A program made the translations under genes and the position numbers. From the NCBI GenBank assembly GCA_947624545.1, contig CANQKV010000001.1:1-54725 (forward strand): a stretch of 54,725 nt of DNA, given 5' to 3'. Under the pieces are notes generated by a model. It was given only the letters and a program-made list of their open reading frames with translations, ran no database searches and was not told the origin of the DNA. Positions 1 through 8,319 of the stretch are shown here, in pieces (position 1 is the stretch's first letter; each line of letters begins with the position of its first letter). The DNA comes from an uncultured Alphaproteobacteria bacterium (GTDB lineage: Bacteria > Pseudomonadota > Alphaproteobacteria > CAAHEQ01 > UBA3637).

Positions 1-128
1 CCCCACCCGTAAAAGAGCAGCGATGCCAAAAGCAGAAACACATTGCGAAAGCGATTGGGTAATATGTAATAAATTCCGACAACAATCGGCAAAAAATAAC
101 AAAGAAACGTGAATGATGAAAAAATCAT
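1..128 (-). CDS. MBOAT-family membrane O-acyltransferase (AlgI/DltB/PatA-like), N-terminal fragment; the gene continues past the window start
   Basis: The reverse complement of 1-128 translates to MIFSSFTFLCYFLPIVVGIYYILPNRFRNVFLLLASLLFYGW, a typical hydrophobic N-terminus of AlgI/DltB-type MBOAT proteins. Its ATG (128-126) overlaps the TGA of the upstream gene (ATGA). Confidence 0.6.
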   Translation of the reverse strand, partial: MIFSSFTFLCYFLPIVVGIYYILPNRFRNVFLLLASLLFYGW

Positions 129-1339
129 TTAAAAAACCTCATTAATTCCTCCAATTTTTGATCGGAAATGCTTAAAATTAAAATATCAATTTTATTGTTT
201 AACAATTCTTTTTCTTGTTCTTTCCAGCGAATGCCCCACGGAATGCCTGTTCCGCTTTCATTGTATCGGCGCATTCCGATATGTGAAAATGTGGGCATTA
301 AAAACGGAAGCATATAATAAGAAAAGCTGTCACAGATGATATAAGCCCGATGCGGAGAACCCTTTTCATAATCCGAAAACCGAAACTGCTTATCACGGTT
401 AATTTTTAAATTAGCTTTATCTTTGTAAATATAATGCCTGTATTGTGTTTCACCGTAATCAAGCCCTTTTAAATAAGTGCTTCCGTTATAAAAAAACGGT
501 TTTTGCGAATTTTGATAAGGCAACCATACTTCTTTTGTCAGTTCAATATGATAATCATCGGGTGTGACGGCGCGAATGTCTTTAAAATCTTTTTGTATGG
601 CTTCCATTAAAAGTTTGTAGGATTCAAATGCCCCGTCTTCCGACCAATGCGAATCGGTTTTGTAAATTAAAGGAAATTGACTGCGCGCTTGGGAAATAAG
701 GTGTTTTTCAATCGGCACCACGGTTATTATGTTTTTCAGCGCTGTTTCAACCTGTTCCGTAACGGAGGGTTTGTTTTCTCTTAAAATATAATCGGGCATC
801 CATTTGTGATAAATGCGCGATGATTGCGGCGGAATCATAAAATAGACCTTAATGTTGTGTTCTTTGGCAAAATCGGCAATTTTTTGAACGTTTTTTTGAA
901 GCAGGCTGATTTGTTCGGGCGTAAAGAAATAAGTGTTTTGATAAACGGGTAAAGTCGGCAGATTACGGGGAGAATTTTGCCCCATAAACACAAAGTTTTC
1001 TTTACCGATAATGTTATTTTTAGTACCTAAATCACGCCCCAAACCCGATTCGAAATAAAAATCAATTAATTTTGAACGATACGGCAAATGATCGGAAATG
1101 TATTTTTCAAGTTGTTCGCTTTGTGTCCAAAAATGAAAGGGAAAAGTTTCTAAATTGCGCCGTTCACGCAGGCTTTCTTTTTTTTGAGTATCGAGCATAA
1201 GCCCGATAATCAACAAAATACAGAGCGGTAAAAAAATAAACAAACAAAGAAAGAACTTACTTATATATGTACATCTTCGCTGATGAGCTTTTTGATTGGG
1301 TTTTAAAAAGGCGGTAATTTCATACACTCTCCTATGCAT
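125..1339 (-). CDS. AlgX/AlgJ/PatB-like SGNH-type O-acetyltransferase (DHHW-like family), membrane anchored, copy 1
   Basis: The ORF track gives 125-1414. The conserved start MHRR is at 1339 and is preceded by a TTGACA-17-TATGGT promoter. The N-terminus has a TM helix (FFLCLFIFLPLCILLIIGL). The protein carries a TDSHWS (D-x-H-W) motif and a CDSFSYY block, as in AlgJ/AlgX-type enzymes. The gene sits directly upstream of an MBOAT gene. Codons 1414-1340 are a duplicated stub of the MBOAT 5' end. Confidence 0.65.
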   Translation of the reverse strand: MHRRVYEITAFLKPNQKAHQRRCTYISKFFLCLFIFLPLCILLIIGLMLDTQKKESLRERRNLETFPFHFWTQSEQLEKYISDHLPYRSKLIDFYFESGLGRDLGTKNNIIGKENFVFMGQNSPRNLPTLPVYQNTYFFTPEQISLLQKNVQKIADFAKEHNIKVYFMIPPQSSRIYHKWMPDYILRENKPSVTEQVETALKNIITVVPIEKHLISQARSQFPLIYKTDSHWSEDGAFESYKLLMEAIQKDFKDIRAVTPDDYHIELTKEVWLPYQNSQKPFFYNGSTYLKGLDYGETQYRHYIYKDKANLKINRDKQFRFSDYEKGSPHRAYIICDSFSYYMLPFLMPTFSHIGMRRYNESGTGIPWGIRWKEQEKELLNNKIDILILSISDQKLEELMRFFK

Positions 1340-1345
1340 AATATT

Positions 1346-1374
1346 ACCATATGCGTTTCGCAAAAAAATGTCAA
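1346..1374 (-). promoter_or_regulatory. sigma70-type promoter of O-acetyltransferase copy 1 (probably a leaderless mRNA)
   Basis: The minus strand reads TTGACA (1374-1369), a 17-nt spacer, TATGGT (1351-1346), AATATT, then ATG at 1339. There is no Shine-Dalgarno sequence. Confidence 0.5.
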
Positions 1375-1410
1375 TAAAAAAATAACGGGGAAACGTGAAT
1401 GATGAAAAAA

Positions 1411-2478
1411 TCATTTAAAAAACCCCATTAATTCTTCCAATTTTTGATCGGAAATGCTTAAAATTAAAATATCAATTTTATCATTTAACAATTCTTTTTC
1501 CCGTTCTTGCCAGCGAATGCCCCAATTAATGTATTCATTGAATCGATACATTCTGAAATGCGAAAATGTGGGCATTAAAAACGGAAGCATATAATAAGAA
1601 AAGCTGTCACCGATTATATAAACCCGATGCGGAGAGCCTTTTTTATATTCCGAAAAGCGAAACTGCACATCACGATGAATTTTTAAATTGGCTTTATCTT
1701 TGTAAACATAATGTCGATATTTTGTTTTGCCGTAATCAAGCCCGTTTAAATAAGTGCTTCCGTTGTCAATAAAATAAGGTTTTTCCGTAGTTTGATAAGG
1801 TACCCATATTTTTTTTGTCAGCTCAATATGATAATCATCGGGTGTGACGGCACGAATATCTTTAAAATCTTTTTGCATGGCTTTTATTAAAAGCTTATAA
1901 GCTTTAAATGCCCCGTCTTCCGACCAATGCGAATCGGTTTTGTAAATAAGAGGAAATTGACTGTGGGCTTGGGAAATAAGGTGTTTTTCAATCGGCACCA
2001 CGGTTACAATGTTTTGCACTGCCTGTTCAACCTGTTCCGTAACGGAGGGTTTGTTTTCTCTTAAAATATAATCGGGTATCCATTTGTGATAAACGCGCAA
2101 AGTTTCCGGCGGAATTATCAGATAAACTTTAATGTTATGTTCTTTGGCAAAATCGGCAATTTTTTGAACATTTTTTTGAAGCAGGTTAATTTGTTGAGGT
2201 GTAAATGAATAAGAATTTTGATAAACGGATAACGGTTTTATGTATCTATAATCTGAGGAAATATGGAAAACAAAGTTTTCTTTGCCGACAATGCGATCTT
2301 TGGTGCCTAAATCACGCCCCAAACCCGATTCGAAATAAAAATCAATTAATTTTGAACGATACGGCAAATGATCAGAGATGTATTTTTCAAGTTGTTCGCT
2401 TTGTGTCCAAAAATGAAAGGGAAAAGTTTCTAAATTGCGCCGTTCACGCACACTTTGCGTTTGTGTTGTGTCCAGCAT
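1411..2478 (-). CDS. AlgX/AlgJ/PatB-like O-acetyltransferase, copy 2; body of a frameshifted (phase-OFF) gene whose true start is at 2657
   Basis: This is a paralogue of 125-1339 with the same TDSHWS and GDSFSYY motifs. Upstream of the annotated Met, the same frame continues as FLLCLFILFPLCALLTLGL (the TM helix) up to the ATGT repeat. The conserved N-terminus MHRRTNENFTPFFKAEKNARQQR (2657-2589) enters the repeat in a different frame. Confidence 0.7.
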   Translation of the reverse strand: MLDTTQTQSVRERRNLETFPFHFWTQSEQLEKYISDHLPYRSKLIDFYFESGLGRDLGTKDRIVGKENFVFHISSDYRYIKPLSVYQNSYSFTPQQINLLQKNVQKIADFAKEHNIKVYLIIPPETLRVYHKWIPDYILRENKPSVTEQVEQAVQNIVTVVPIEKHLISQAHSQFPLIYKTDSHWSEDGAFKAYKLLIKAMQKDFKDIRAVTPDDYHIELTKKIWVPYQTTEKPYFIDNGSTYLNGLDYGKTKYRHYVYKDKANLKIHRDVQFRFSEYKKGSPHRVYIIGDSFSYYMLPFLMPTFSHFRMYRFNEYINWGIRWQEREKELLNDKIDILILSISDQKLEELMGFFK

Positions 2479-2534
2479 AAGACCAAGAGTTAATAAAGCA
2501 CATAAAGGAAAAAGAATGAATAAGCAAAGAAGGA

Positions 2535-2586
2535 ATGTATGTATGTATGTATGTATGTATGTATGTATGTATGTATGTATGTATGT
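2535..2586. repeat. Tetranucleotide simple-sequence repeat (ATGT)13, which is (ACAT)13 on the coding strand
   Basis: A direct count gives 13 perfect units over 52 nt. The tract lies 70 nt downstream of the ATG at 2657 and inside the 5' coding region of O-acetyltransferase copy 2. Copy 1 carries only a degenerate single unit at the equivalent site. Confidence 0.95.
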
Positions 2587-2664
2587 AGTCTTTGTTGACG
2601 AGCATTTTTTTCGGCTTTAAAAAACGGGGTAAAATTTTCATTTGTTCTCCTATGCATACAATTT

Positions 2665-2692
2665 ACTATATCGGTTCGAAAAAAAATGTCAA
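2665..2692 (-). promoter_or_regulatory. sigma70-type promoter of O-acetyltransferase copy 2 (probably leaderless)
   Basis: The minus strand reads TTGACA (2692-2687), a 16-nt spacer, TATAGT (2670-2665), AAATTGT, then ATG at 2657. Confidence 0.5.
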
Positions 2693-2898
2693 TAAAAAAA
2701 ATAAAAACCGAAAAAATAAAAAAAAAGCACCGCTTTCGCAGTGCTTTTTTATGCAAAGAAACTTATTTCTTTGTTCCACATCCGCAACCCGGCATAACGC
2801 TCCCCCTCCTTTCGCACATATTATCGTATCTCACAAACTCTATGTAAGAATTAAAATAACACTTGTCAAGACGATTTGAATTTGTTATATTAACGTCT

Positions 2899-3654
2899 AT
2901 GAAAAAATTATTTGCTTTTTTATGGTTTCTTTTTTTAACGGCATGTGCCACGCAAAATCCGTTGACGGATTTTCGATTTCAAACACAACCGGCACCGCCG
3001 TACATTTTGGCAAGCTGGTATCGCATTAATGCCCCCGGCGAGCCTGTTCGCATTTATATTGAGGGTGACGGCGCCGCTTTTAATGCCGACGGCACTCCTT
3101 CGGATAATCCTACGCCGCAAGACGCGTTTTGGCGTAACGTTGCCGCCGATGATCCGCATGCTAATACGGCTTATTTGGGGCGTCCCTGCCAATATATGCA
3201 GGCGGGAGCCTGTTCGCAGGTTGATTGGACAACCGGTCGGTTTTCGCCGCAAATTGTGCGCAGTATGAATAGTGCCGTAACGGCGCTGATGAAAAAAGCA
3301 CAAACCGATCAGGCTGTGTTAATCGGCTATTCGGGCGGTGCGCAAATTGCCGGATTGATTGCCGTTCATGATCCGCATGTGGTGAAAGTGATTACCGTTG
3401 CCGGTGTGTTGGATACCGATGCCTGGACGGCTTATCATCATGACACACCCTTAAAAGAATCGCTGAATTTAAAAGATTATCAAATTGAATTTTTAAAAAT
3501 ACCGCAAATTCATTACGTCGGCGAAAAAGATACCGTTGTTCCGCCTGCGCTCACAAAAGCTTTTGTGCAAGAGGCAGCACCGATGGTGATTGTTCGAAAA
3601 GCAACACATAATGACGGGTTTGAGTCTGTTTTGAACGAGTTATATCAACAATAG
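2899..3654 (+). CDS. Lipoprotein, alpha/beta-hydrolase fold
   Basis: MKKLFAFLWFLFLTAC carries a lipobox (LTAC). A GYSGG nucleophile elbow (GxSxG) and a C-terminal HND are present. The ORF track starts at 2863, but the ATG at 2899 gives a proper signal peptide. Confidence 0.6.
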   Translation: MKKLFAFLWFLFLTACATQNPLTDFRFQTQPAPPYILASWYRINAPGEPVRIYIEGDGAAFNADGTPSDNPTPQDAFWRNVAADDPHANTAYLGRPCQYMQAGACSQVDWTTGRFSPQIVRSMNSAVTALMKKAQTDQAVLIGYSGGAQIAGLIAVHDPHVVKVITVAGVLDTDAWTAYHHDTPLKESLNLKDYQIEFLKIPQIHYVGEKDTVVPPALTKAFVQEAAPMVIVRKATHNDGFESVLNELYQQ

Positions 3655-3662
3655 GATAACAA

Positions 3663-4631
3663 ATGCTTGTGTGGATTTTGGCAGATGATCGCGCCGGAAA
3701 CGTTAATCAGTTGTTGGGCATTGCCGAAGCATTAGGTCATTCTTTCGAACGCAAAAACATTGCTTATACAAAAGCCGTAAAACTGCCGAATTTTTTGCGT
3801 GACGGAACGTTAATCGGGTTAACGAAAGAATCAAAAAAAGCAGTGCAAACAACCGTTTATCCCGATGTGGTGCTTAGTGCCGGTCGGCGCGCCTTTCCCG
3901 TAGCGAGATACATACAAAAAAAATCAAAAGGCAAAACAAAAATCGTGCAATTAATGAATCCGGGTATCAGAGGATTTAAAAGCGCCGATTTAATTGTGTT
4001 GCCCGCGCATGATTTATATAAAGGTAAAGCTGAAAATGTGATGATTGTTGACGGCTCACCGCATCGCGTGACGGAAAAACGCTTAAAGGAAGAACGCCAA
4101 AAATGGCTGCCCGTTTTTGCCGATTATCCCGCACCGCGTTTATCGTTAATTATCGGCGGTGCTACCAAAAACAAGCCTTTTACCGTTGCCGATGCCGAAA
4201 AAATTGTTGCGGCGGTGCGACAATTACACCCGGCTTCCGTTTTAATTACGACATCAAGGCGAACGCCTGCCGATGTGGTCGCGTTTCTCAAAACGGCATT
4301 TCCGCCGAAAACAACATTTTTTTATGCTTTCGGTGATAAGAGCGAAAATCCGTATTTCGGATTACTTGCCTGTGCCGATTTAATTGTGGTAACGGGCGAT
4401 TCGATGTCTATGTGTTCGGAATGTTGCGCCGGAAAGGTTCCCGTTTTTATTTTTGCGCCCGATGAAATGATGAGCGTGAAACATCGCCGTTTTCATCAGA
4501 CTCTTTTTCAAAACGGCTATGCGTTACCCCTCGGCAGCGCTTTAAAACCCGTTAAAGGCGGATTTAATCCCTCTCTTTCGATTGCCGAACGAATTTTAAG
4601 TCTTTTGAATGCGTCTGATATAAAAAAATAA
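3663..4631 (+). CDS. ELM1/DUF1022-family protein (predicted glycosyltransferase-like)
   Basis: The N-terminus WILADDRAGNVNQLLGIAEALG and the TGDSMSMCSE block are typical of the family annotated 'mitochondrial fission ELM1' in alphaproteobacteria. Confidence 0.6.
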   Translation: MLVWILADDRAGNVNQLLGIAEALGHSFERKNIAYTKAVKLPNFLRDGTLIGLTKESKKAVQTTVYPDVVLSAGRRAFPVARYIQKKSKGKTKIVQLMNPGIRGFKSADLIVLPAHDLYKGKAENVMIVDGSPHRVTEKRLKEERQKWLPVFADYPAPRLSLIIGGATKNKPFTVADAEKIVAAVRQLHPASVLITTSRRTPADVVAFLKTAFPPKTTFFYAFGDKSENPYFGLLACADLIVVTGDSMSMCSECCAGKVPVFIFAPDEMMSVKHRRFHQTLFQNGYALPLGSALKPVKGGFNPSLSIAERILSLLNASDIKK

Positions 4632-4723
4632 AGAAATTACCGCTTTTTGTAAATTTACAATTTACATTTAAATCTTTTTTCTTTATACTCATACTGTATT
4701 TTTTAAATTAAGGAGTTTTAAGT

Positions 4724-5047
4724 ATGAAAAACATCGGTGATTTAATGAAAAAAGCACAAATGGTTCAATCTCAAATGAACATTTTGCAAGCTAAAATGGA
4801 AAAACAAGAATTTGAAGGTGTTGCCGGTAACGGCGCCGTTAAAATTATGATGACGGGAAAAGGATACCCCGTCAAAGTGAGTATCGATCCGGAAGTTGCG
4901 GATAAAGATGATGTGGAAACTTTGGAAGATTTGGTCTTGTTAGCGATTCGTGACGCTCGTGAAAAAGCTGACAGCGCCATTACGAATGAAATGGAACGAA
5001 TTCAATCTTCACTCGGGCTTCCTTCCGGCTTTAAACTGCCGTTTTAA
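4724..5047 (+). CDS. ybaB: Nucleoid-associated protein YbaB/EbfC
   Basis: A 107-aa protein with LMKKAQMVQSQM...FEGVAGNGAVKIMMTGKG, followed by recR in the conserved synteny. A GGAG ribosome-binding site lies upstream. Confidence 0.9.
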   Translation: MKNIGDLMKKAQMVQSQMNILQAKMEKQEFEGVAGNGAVKIMMTGKGYPVKVSIDPEVADKDDVETLEDLVLLAIRDAREKADSAITNEMERIQSSLGLPSGFKLPF

Positions 5048-5061
5048 TTGTTTGTCGGGTT

Positions 5062-5661
5062 TTGTTAATGGCAGCGCCTGAATTGGAACATTTAATTGCA
5101 TTGTTGGCAAAATTGCCGTCGTTGGGTCCGCGCTCGGCACGACGGGCGGTATTAAGTTTGCTCGGGCAAAAAGAAACGCAGTTTGCTCCGTTGGTGGCTG
5201 CCATGCAAACCGTATTGGAAAAGGTTAAAACTTGTCCGGTTTGCGGTAACCTTGATACAATAACACCCTGTGCCGTTTGCAGTGATTCAACGCGATTAAA
5301 TCATCAAATATGTGTGGTGCAAGATGTTGCCGACTTGTGGGCTATTGAGCGAACAGGGGTTTTTAAAGGACAATATCACGTTTTGGGCGGATTACTTTCG
5401 GCTTTGGACGGTATCGGTCCCGATGAATTGAATATTCAATCGCTTTTGGAAAAAACGGAAGCAAACAAAAATTGTGAGATTATATTTGCTTTGCCGACAA
5501 CGGTTGAAGGACAAACAACCGCGCATTATCTCTCCGATAAATTGGCAAACAGCTTGTGTTCAATCTCAACCCTGTCGCGCGGTGTACCCGTTGGCGGCGA
5601 ATTAGATTATTTAGATGACGGAACGCTTCAAATGGCGTTTAAAGCCCGTCGCAGTTTGTGA
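5062..5661 (+). CDS. recR: Recombination protein RecR
   Basis: Contains the C4 zinc finger CPVCGNLDTITPCAVCSD, a Toprim-like middle region and a LSRGVPVGGELDY C-terminus. The start is either TTG at 5062 or ATG at 5068. Confidence 0.92.
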   Translation: MLMAAPELEHLIALLAKLPSLGPRSARRAVLSLLGQKETQFAPLVAAMQTVLEKVKTCPVCGNLDTITPCAVCSDSTRLNHQICVVQDVADLWAIERTGVFKGQYHVLGGLLSALDGIGPDELNIQSLLEKTEANKNCEIIFALPTTVEGQTTAHYLSDKLANSLCSISTLSRGVPVGGELDYLDDGTLQMAFKARRSL

Positions 5662-5668
5662 GGAAAAA

Positions 5669-5857
5669 ATGGAAGAAATTAAAAATGCCGTTTCTCATTT
5701 GGAAGAAGCCGTTTTGGAATTGGAAAACGCTGTTTATGCGGTGAAAAAAAATTATAACCGCTCATCGGAACGTGCAGATGTTCTGAAAAAGGCCGTTAAA
5801 ACGGCGTATGATAAAATTGATGATATGCTGACAACTTTTAAGCGGGGAGAAGAATAA
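5669..5857 (+). CDS. Small coiled-coil protein, DUF4164/ZauP-like (ZapA-associated)
   Basis: MEEIKNAVSHLEEAVLELENAVYAVKK is predicted to form a coiled coil. The gene lies immediately upstream of and abuts zapA, as in alphaproteobacteria. A GAGGAA ribosome-binding site precedes the ATG at 5669; the ORF track starts at 5615, inside recR. Confidence 0.5.
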   Translation: MEEIKNAVSHLEEAVLELENAVYAVKKNYNRSSERADVLKKAVKTAYDKIDDMLTTFKRGEE

Positions 5858-6192
5858 TGGCTATTGTTTCGTTAAAAATCGGCGAAAAATTTTATAAGTT
5901 TTCCTGTGCCGACGGACAAGAAAATTATATGCGTTCACTCGCGGAAAATTTAGACGCCCGCGCCGCACAACTGATAAAGTCGGTCGGCTTTATGCAGGAA
6001 GGACAACTGCTTGCCATGATGTGCTTAATTTTAGCGGAAGAAAAAAATAAACTGGAACGAACGACAAACGCCGTTGTTTTAGATGAATCGGCAAAACAGC
6101 TCGCCGAAAGAATTCAAAATATTGCCAATAAAATCAGTTCCACGGCGCAAGATTTAAATAAATTAATGACTCAAACAAAAGAAGAAGAATGA
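5857..6192 (+). CDS. zapA: Cell division protein ZapA
   Basis: A 111-aa protein with VSLKIGEKFYKFSCADGQENYMRSLAENLDARAAQL, a ZapA-like N-domain followed by a coiled coil. Confidence 0.75.
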   Translation: MAIVSLKIGEKFYKFSCADGQENYMRSLAENLDARAAQLIKSVGFMQEGQLLAMMCLILAEEKNKLERTTNAVVLDESAKQLAERIQNIANKISSTAQDLNKLMTQTKEEE

Positions 6193-7001
6193 AAATATTG
6201 TTTTGCGGAGATGTCGTCGGAAAATCCGGTCGTAAGGTGTTAAGTGAATGCCTGCCGAAACTGAAACGGCAGTTCGCGCTTGATATGGTTATTGTCAATG
6301 GCGAAAACGCCGCACACGGGTTTGGAATTAATCCGAAAATCTATGCCGAACTGTGTCGTGTCGGTGCCGATGTGATTACACTGGGCAACCATTCTTTTGA
6401 TAAAACCGATATTTTTCCGATTCTGGATTCTGAATCCAACATTATCAGACCGTTGAACTGTCCCGAAAACACAATCGGAAAAGGCAGTTGCTTCTTTACA
6501 ACGTCTGCGGGTGTTCGGGTTGCGGTCGTGCAACTGTTGGGGCATATTTTTATGCGCGCCGTTGATGATCCGTTTGTTGCCATGACAAAGTGGCTTTCAA
6601 TGTATTCCCGCGGCAAGGATTATGATGTCTTAATTGTTGATTTTCATGCCGAAGCAACGGCAGAAAAGGTTGGTATGGGCTATTTTCTTGACGGAAAAGC
6701 CTCTTTGGTTGTCGGAACGCATACGCATATTCCGACGGCGGATGCGCGTATTTTGCCGCAAAAAACGGCGTTTATGTCAGATGTCGGTATGTGCGGTGAT
6801 TATCATTCCATTATCGGAATGGTGGTAGAGAGCGCTTTATCCCGATTTATTGATCCCGAAAACAAAAAACGTTTGCAACCTGCTGAAAATAAAGGAACTT
6901 TTTGCGCCGTTTATGTGGAAATCGATGAAACAAGCGGTGAAGCCGTAAAAATTTTTCCGATTCGAATCGGTGCAATACTTGAAAATACACATCAAATATG
7001 A
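6189..7001 (+). CDS. ymdB: YmdB-like metallophosphoesterase (TIGR00282 family)
   Basis: Contains MKILFCGDVVGKSGR, VIVNGENAAHGFGI, LGNH and DFHAEATAEK, the characteristic metallophosphoesterase motifs. Confidence 0.85.
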   Translation: MKILFCGDVVGKSGRKVLSECLPKLKRQFALDMVIVNGENAAHGFGINPKIYAELCRVGADVITLGNHSFDKTDIFPILDSESNIIRPLNCPENTIGKGSCFFTTSAGVRVAVVQLLGHIFMRAVDDPFVAMTKWLSMYSRGKDYDVLIVDFHAEATAEKVGMGYFLDGKASLVVGTHTHIPTADARILPQKTAFMSDVGMCGDYHSIIGMVVESALSRFIDPENKKRLQPAENKGTFCAVYVEIDETSGEAVKIFPIRIGAILENTHQI

Positions 7002-7051
7002 TATAAAGGAAAAAATTGTTTTTTTGAAACTTAAATTGAGAGGAAAAAATT

Positions 7052-7810
7052 ATGTCAGGACATTCACAATTTAAAAATATTATGTATCGTAAAGGCGCCC
7101 AAGATAAATTGCGTGCCAAAGTGTTTTCAAAACTGGCGCGGGAAATTACGGTTGCCGTCAAAGCAGGCGGTGCCGATATTTCTTCAAACCCGCGGTTACG
7201 CCTTGCCATTCAAAATGCCCGCTCGGAAAATATGCCGAAAGATAATATTGAACGTGCCGTTGCCAAAGGTTCGCAAAGCGCCGATACCACAAATTACGAA
7301 GAAGTCAGATATGAAGGATTCGGTCCCGGCAAAGTTTCCGTAATTGTGGAAGCCTTAACGGATAATCGCGCGCGAACGGCACCGTATTTGCGTTCGACCT
7401 TTTCCAAAAACGGCGGCGCATTGGGTGAAACAGGCTCCGTTACGTTTAACTTTGAACGAATCGGTTATATTGAATATCCGCTGACCGTCGGTTCGGCTGA
7501 TGCTATTTTTGAAGCAGGATTGGAAGCCGGTGCGCAAGATGTTGTTACAACCGAGGAGGCACATGAAATTACCTGCACACCCGAAGATTTATCAAGTGTG
7601 CGCGAAAGTATGGAAGCCAAACTCGGCACGCCCAACATTGCGCGGTTAGATTGGAAACCGTTGGTGCAAAAAGAAATTACCGATTTGGAAACGGCGCAAA
7701 AATTGTTTCATTTTATTGATTTGTTGAATGAAGATGATGATGTTCAGCGTGTGATTACAAATGCCGATATTGCACCTGATGTTTTGGCACAACTGGAAAG
7801 CGCCGAATAA
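7052..7810 (+). CDS. yebC: YebC/PmpR-family DNA-binding transcriptional regulator
   Basis: MSGHSQFKNIMYRKGAQDKLRAKVFSKLAREITVAVK is a near-canonical YebC N-terminus. The gene precedes ruvC, as is common. Confidence 0.93.
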   Translation: MSGHSQFKNIMYRKGAQDKLRAKVFSKLAREITVAVKAGGADISSNPRLRLAIQNARSENMPKDNIERAVAKGSQSADTTNYEEVRYEGFGPGKVSVIVEALTDNRARTAPYLRSTFSKNGGALGETGSVTFNFERIGYIEYPLTVGSADAIFEAGLEAGAQDVVTTEEAHEITCTPEDLSSVRESMEAKLGTPNIARLDWKPLVQKEITDLETAQKLFHFIDLLNEDDDVQRVITNADIAPDVLAQLESAE

Positions 7811-7812
7811 CA

Positions 7813-8310
7813 ATGATTCGCATTTTGGGGATTGATCCGGGACTGCGTCATACCGGTTGGGGCATTGTTGAAAAAGACGGAACACGTTTACGTTTTATTG
7901 CAGGCGGTGTGATTAATCCGTCGGAAACGGGTGCCTTATCGGAGCGATTGGCGGAACTGCACGGAGAACTCAAAAAAATCATTGAAGCTTATCAACCCGA
8001 TGAAGCGGCTGTTGAACAAACTTTTGTTAATAACAATCCGACGTCTACGTTAAAGCTCGGACAGGCACGCGGTGTTGTTTTATTAACGCCGGCATTATAT
8101 CGATTGCCTGTTGCCGAATATACGCCGAATCAAATTAAAAAAATGGTTGTGGGTGCCGGACATGCCGATAAAAAACAGGTGGATATGATGGTGCGCACAT
8201 TACTTAAAAGCGTTCCCGAACATATTCCGTCCGATGCGTCCGATGCGTTGGCAATAGCACTGTGTCACGGATTTATGCGCTCGACTGCCGCACATGCAAT
8301 TTCTTATTAA
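7813..8310 (+). CDS. ruvC: Crossover junction endodeoxyribonuclease RuvC
   Basis: Contains MIRILGIDPGLRHTGWGIV, a VEQTFVNNNP.STLKLGQARG block and DALAIALCH. Confidence 0.93.
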   Translation: MIRILGIDPGLRHTGWGIVEKDGTRLRFIAGGVINPSETGALSERLAELHGELKKIIEAYQPDEAAVEQTFVNNNPTSTLKLGQARGVVLLTPALYRLPVAEYTPNQIKKMVVGAGHADKKQVDMMVRTLLKSVPEHIPSDASDALAIALCHGFMRSTAAHAISY

Positions 8311-8319
8311 AGAGGGCAA

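Larger units (their letters stand above)
93..2706. repeat. Tandem duplication (two ~1.3-kb units) containing the O-acetyltransferase gene, its promoter and the first ~30 nt of the MBOAT gene
   Basis: Positions 93-140 and 1378-1425 are nearly identical (AAAAAATAAC..GAAACGTGAATGATGAAAAAATCATTTAAAAAAC). The two ORFs share long identical protein stretches, for example RERRNLETFPFHFWTQSEQLEKYISDHLPYRSKLIDFYFESGLGRDLGTK. The promoter blocks at 1346-1374 and 2665-2692 are homologous. Confidence 0.85.

Noticed and set aside
2726-2751. A hairpin AGCAC-N10-GTGCT with flanking A- and T-runs in the divergent intergenic region upstream of the phase-variable gene
   Set aside because: It looks like a bidirectional terminator, but no gene reads into it from either side within the window. 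The stem is only 5 bp. It may be a relic or a small-RNA end, which is not enough evidence to call.
2435-2756. Short ORFs translating as CMYVCMYV… (+) and HTYIHTYI… (-) across the ATGT repeat
   Set aside because: These are artefacts of reading the tetranucleotide repeat in different frames. Only the frame starting at 2657 is homologous to copy 1, and it is treated as the 5' end of the phase-variable gene.
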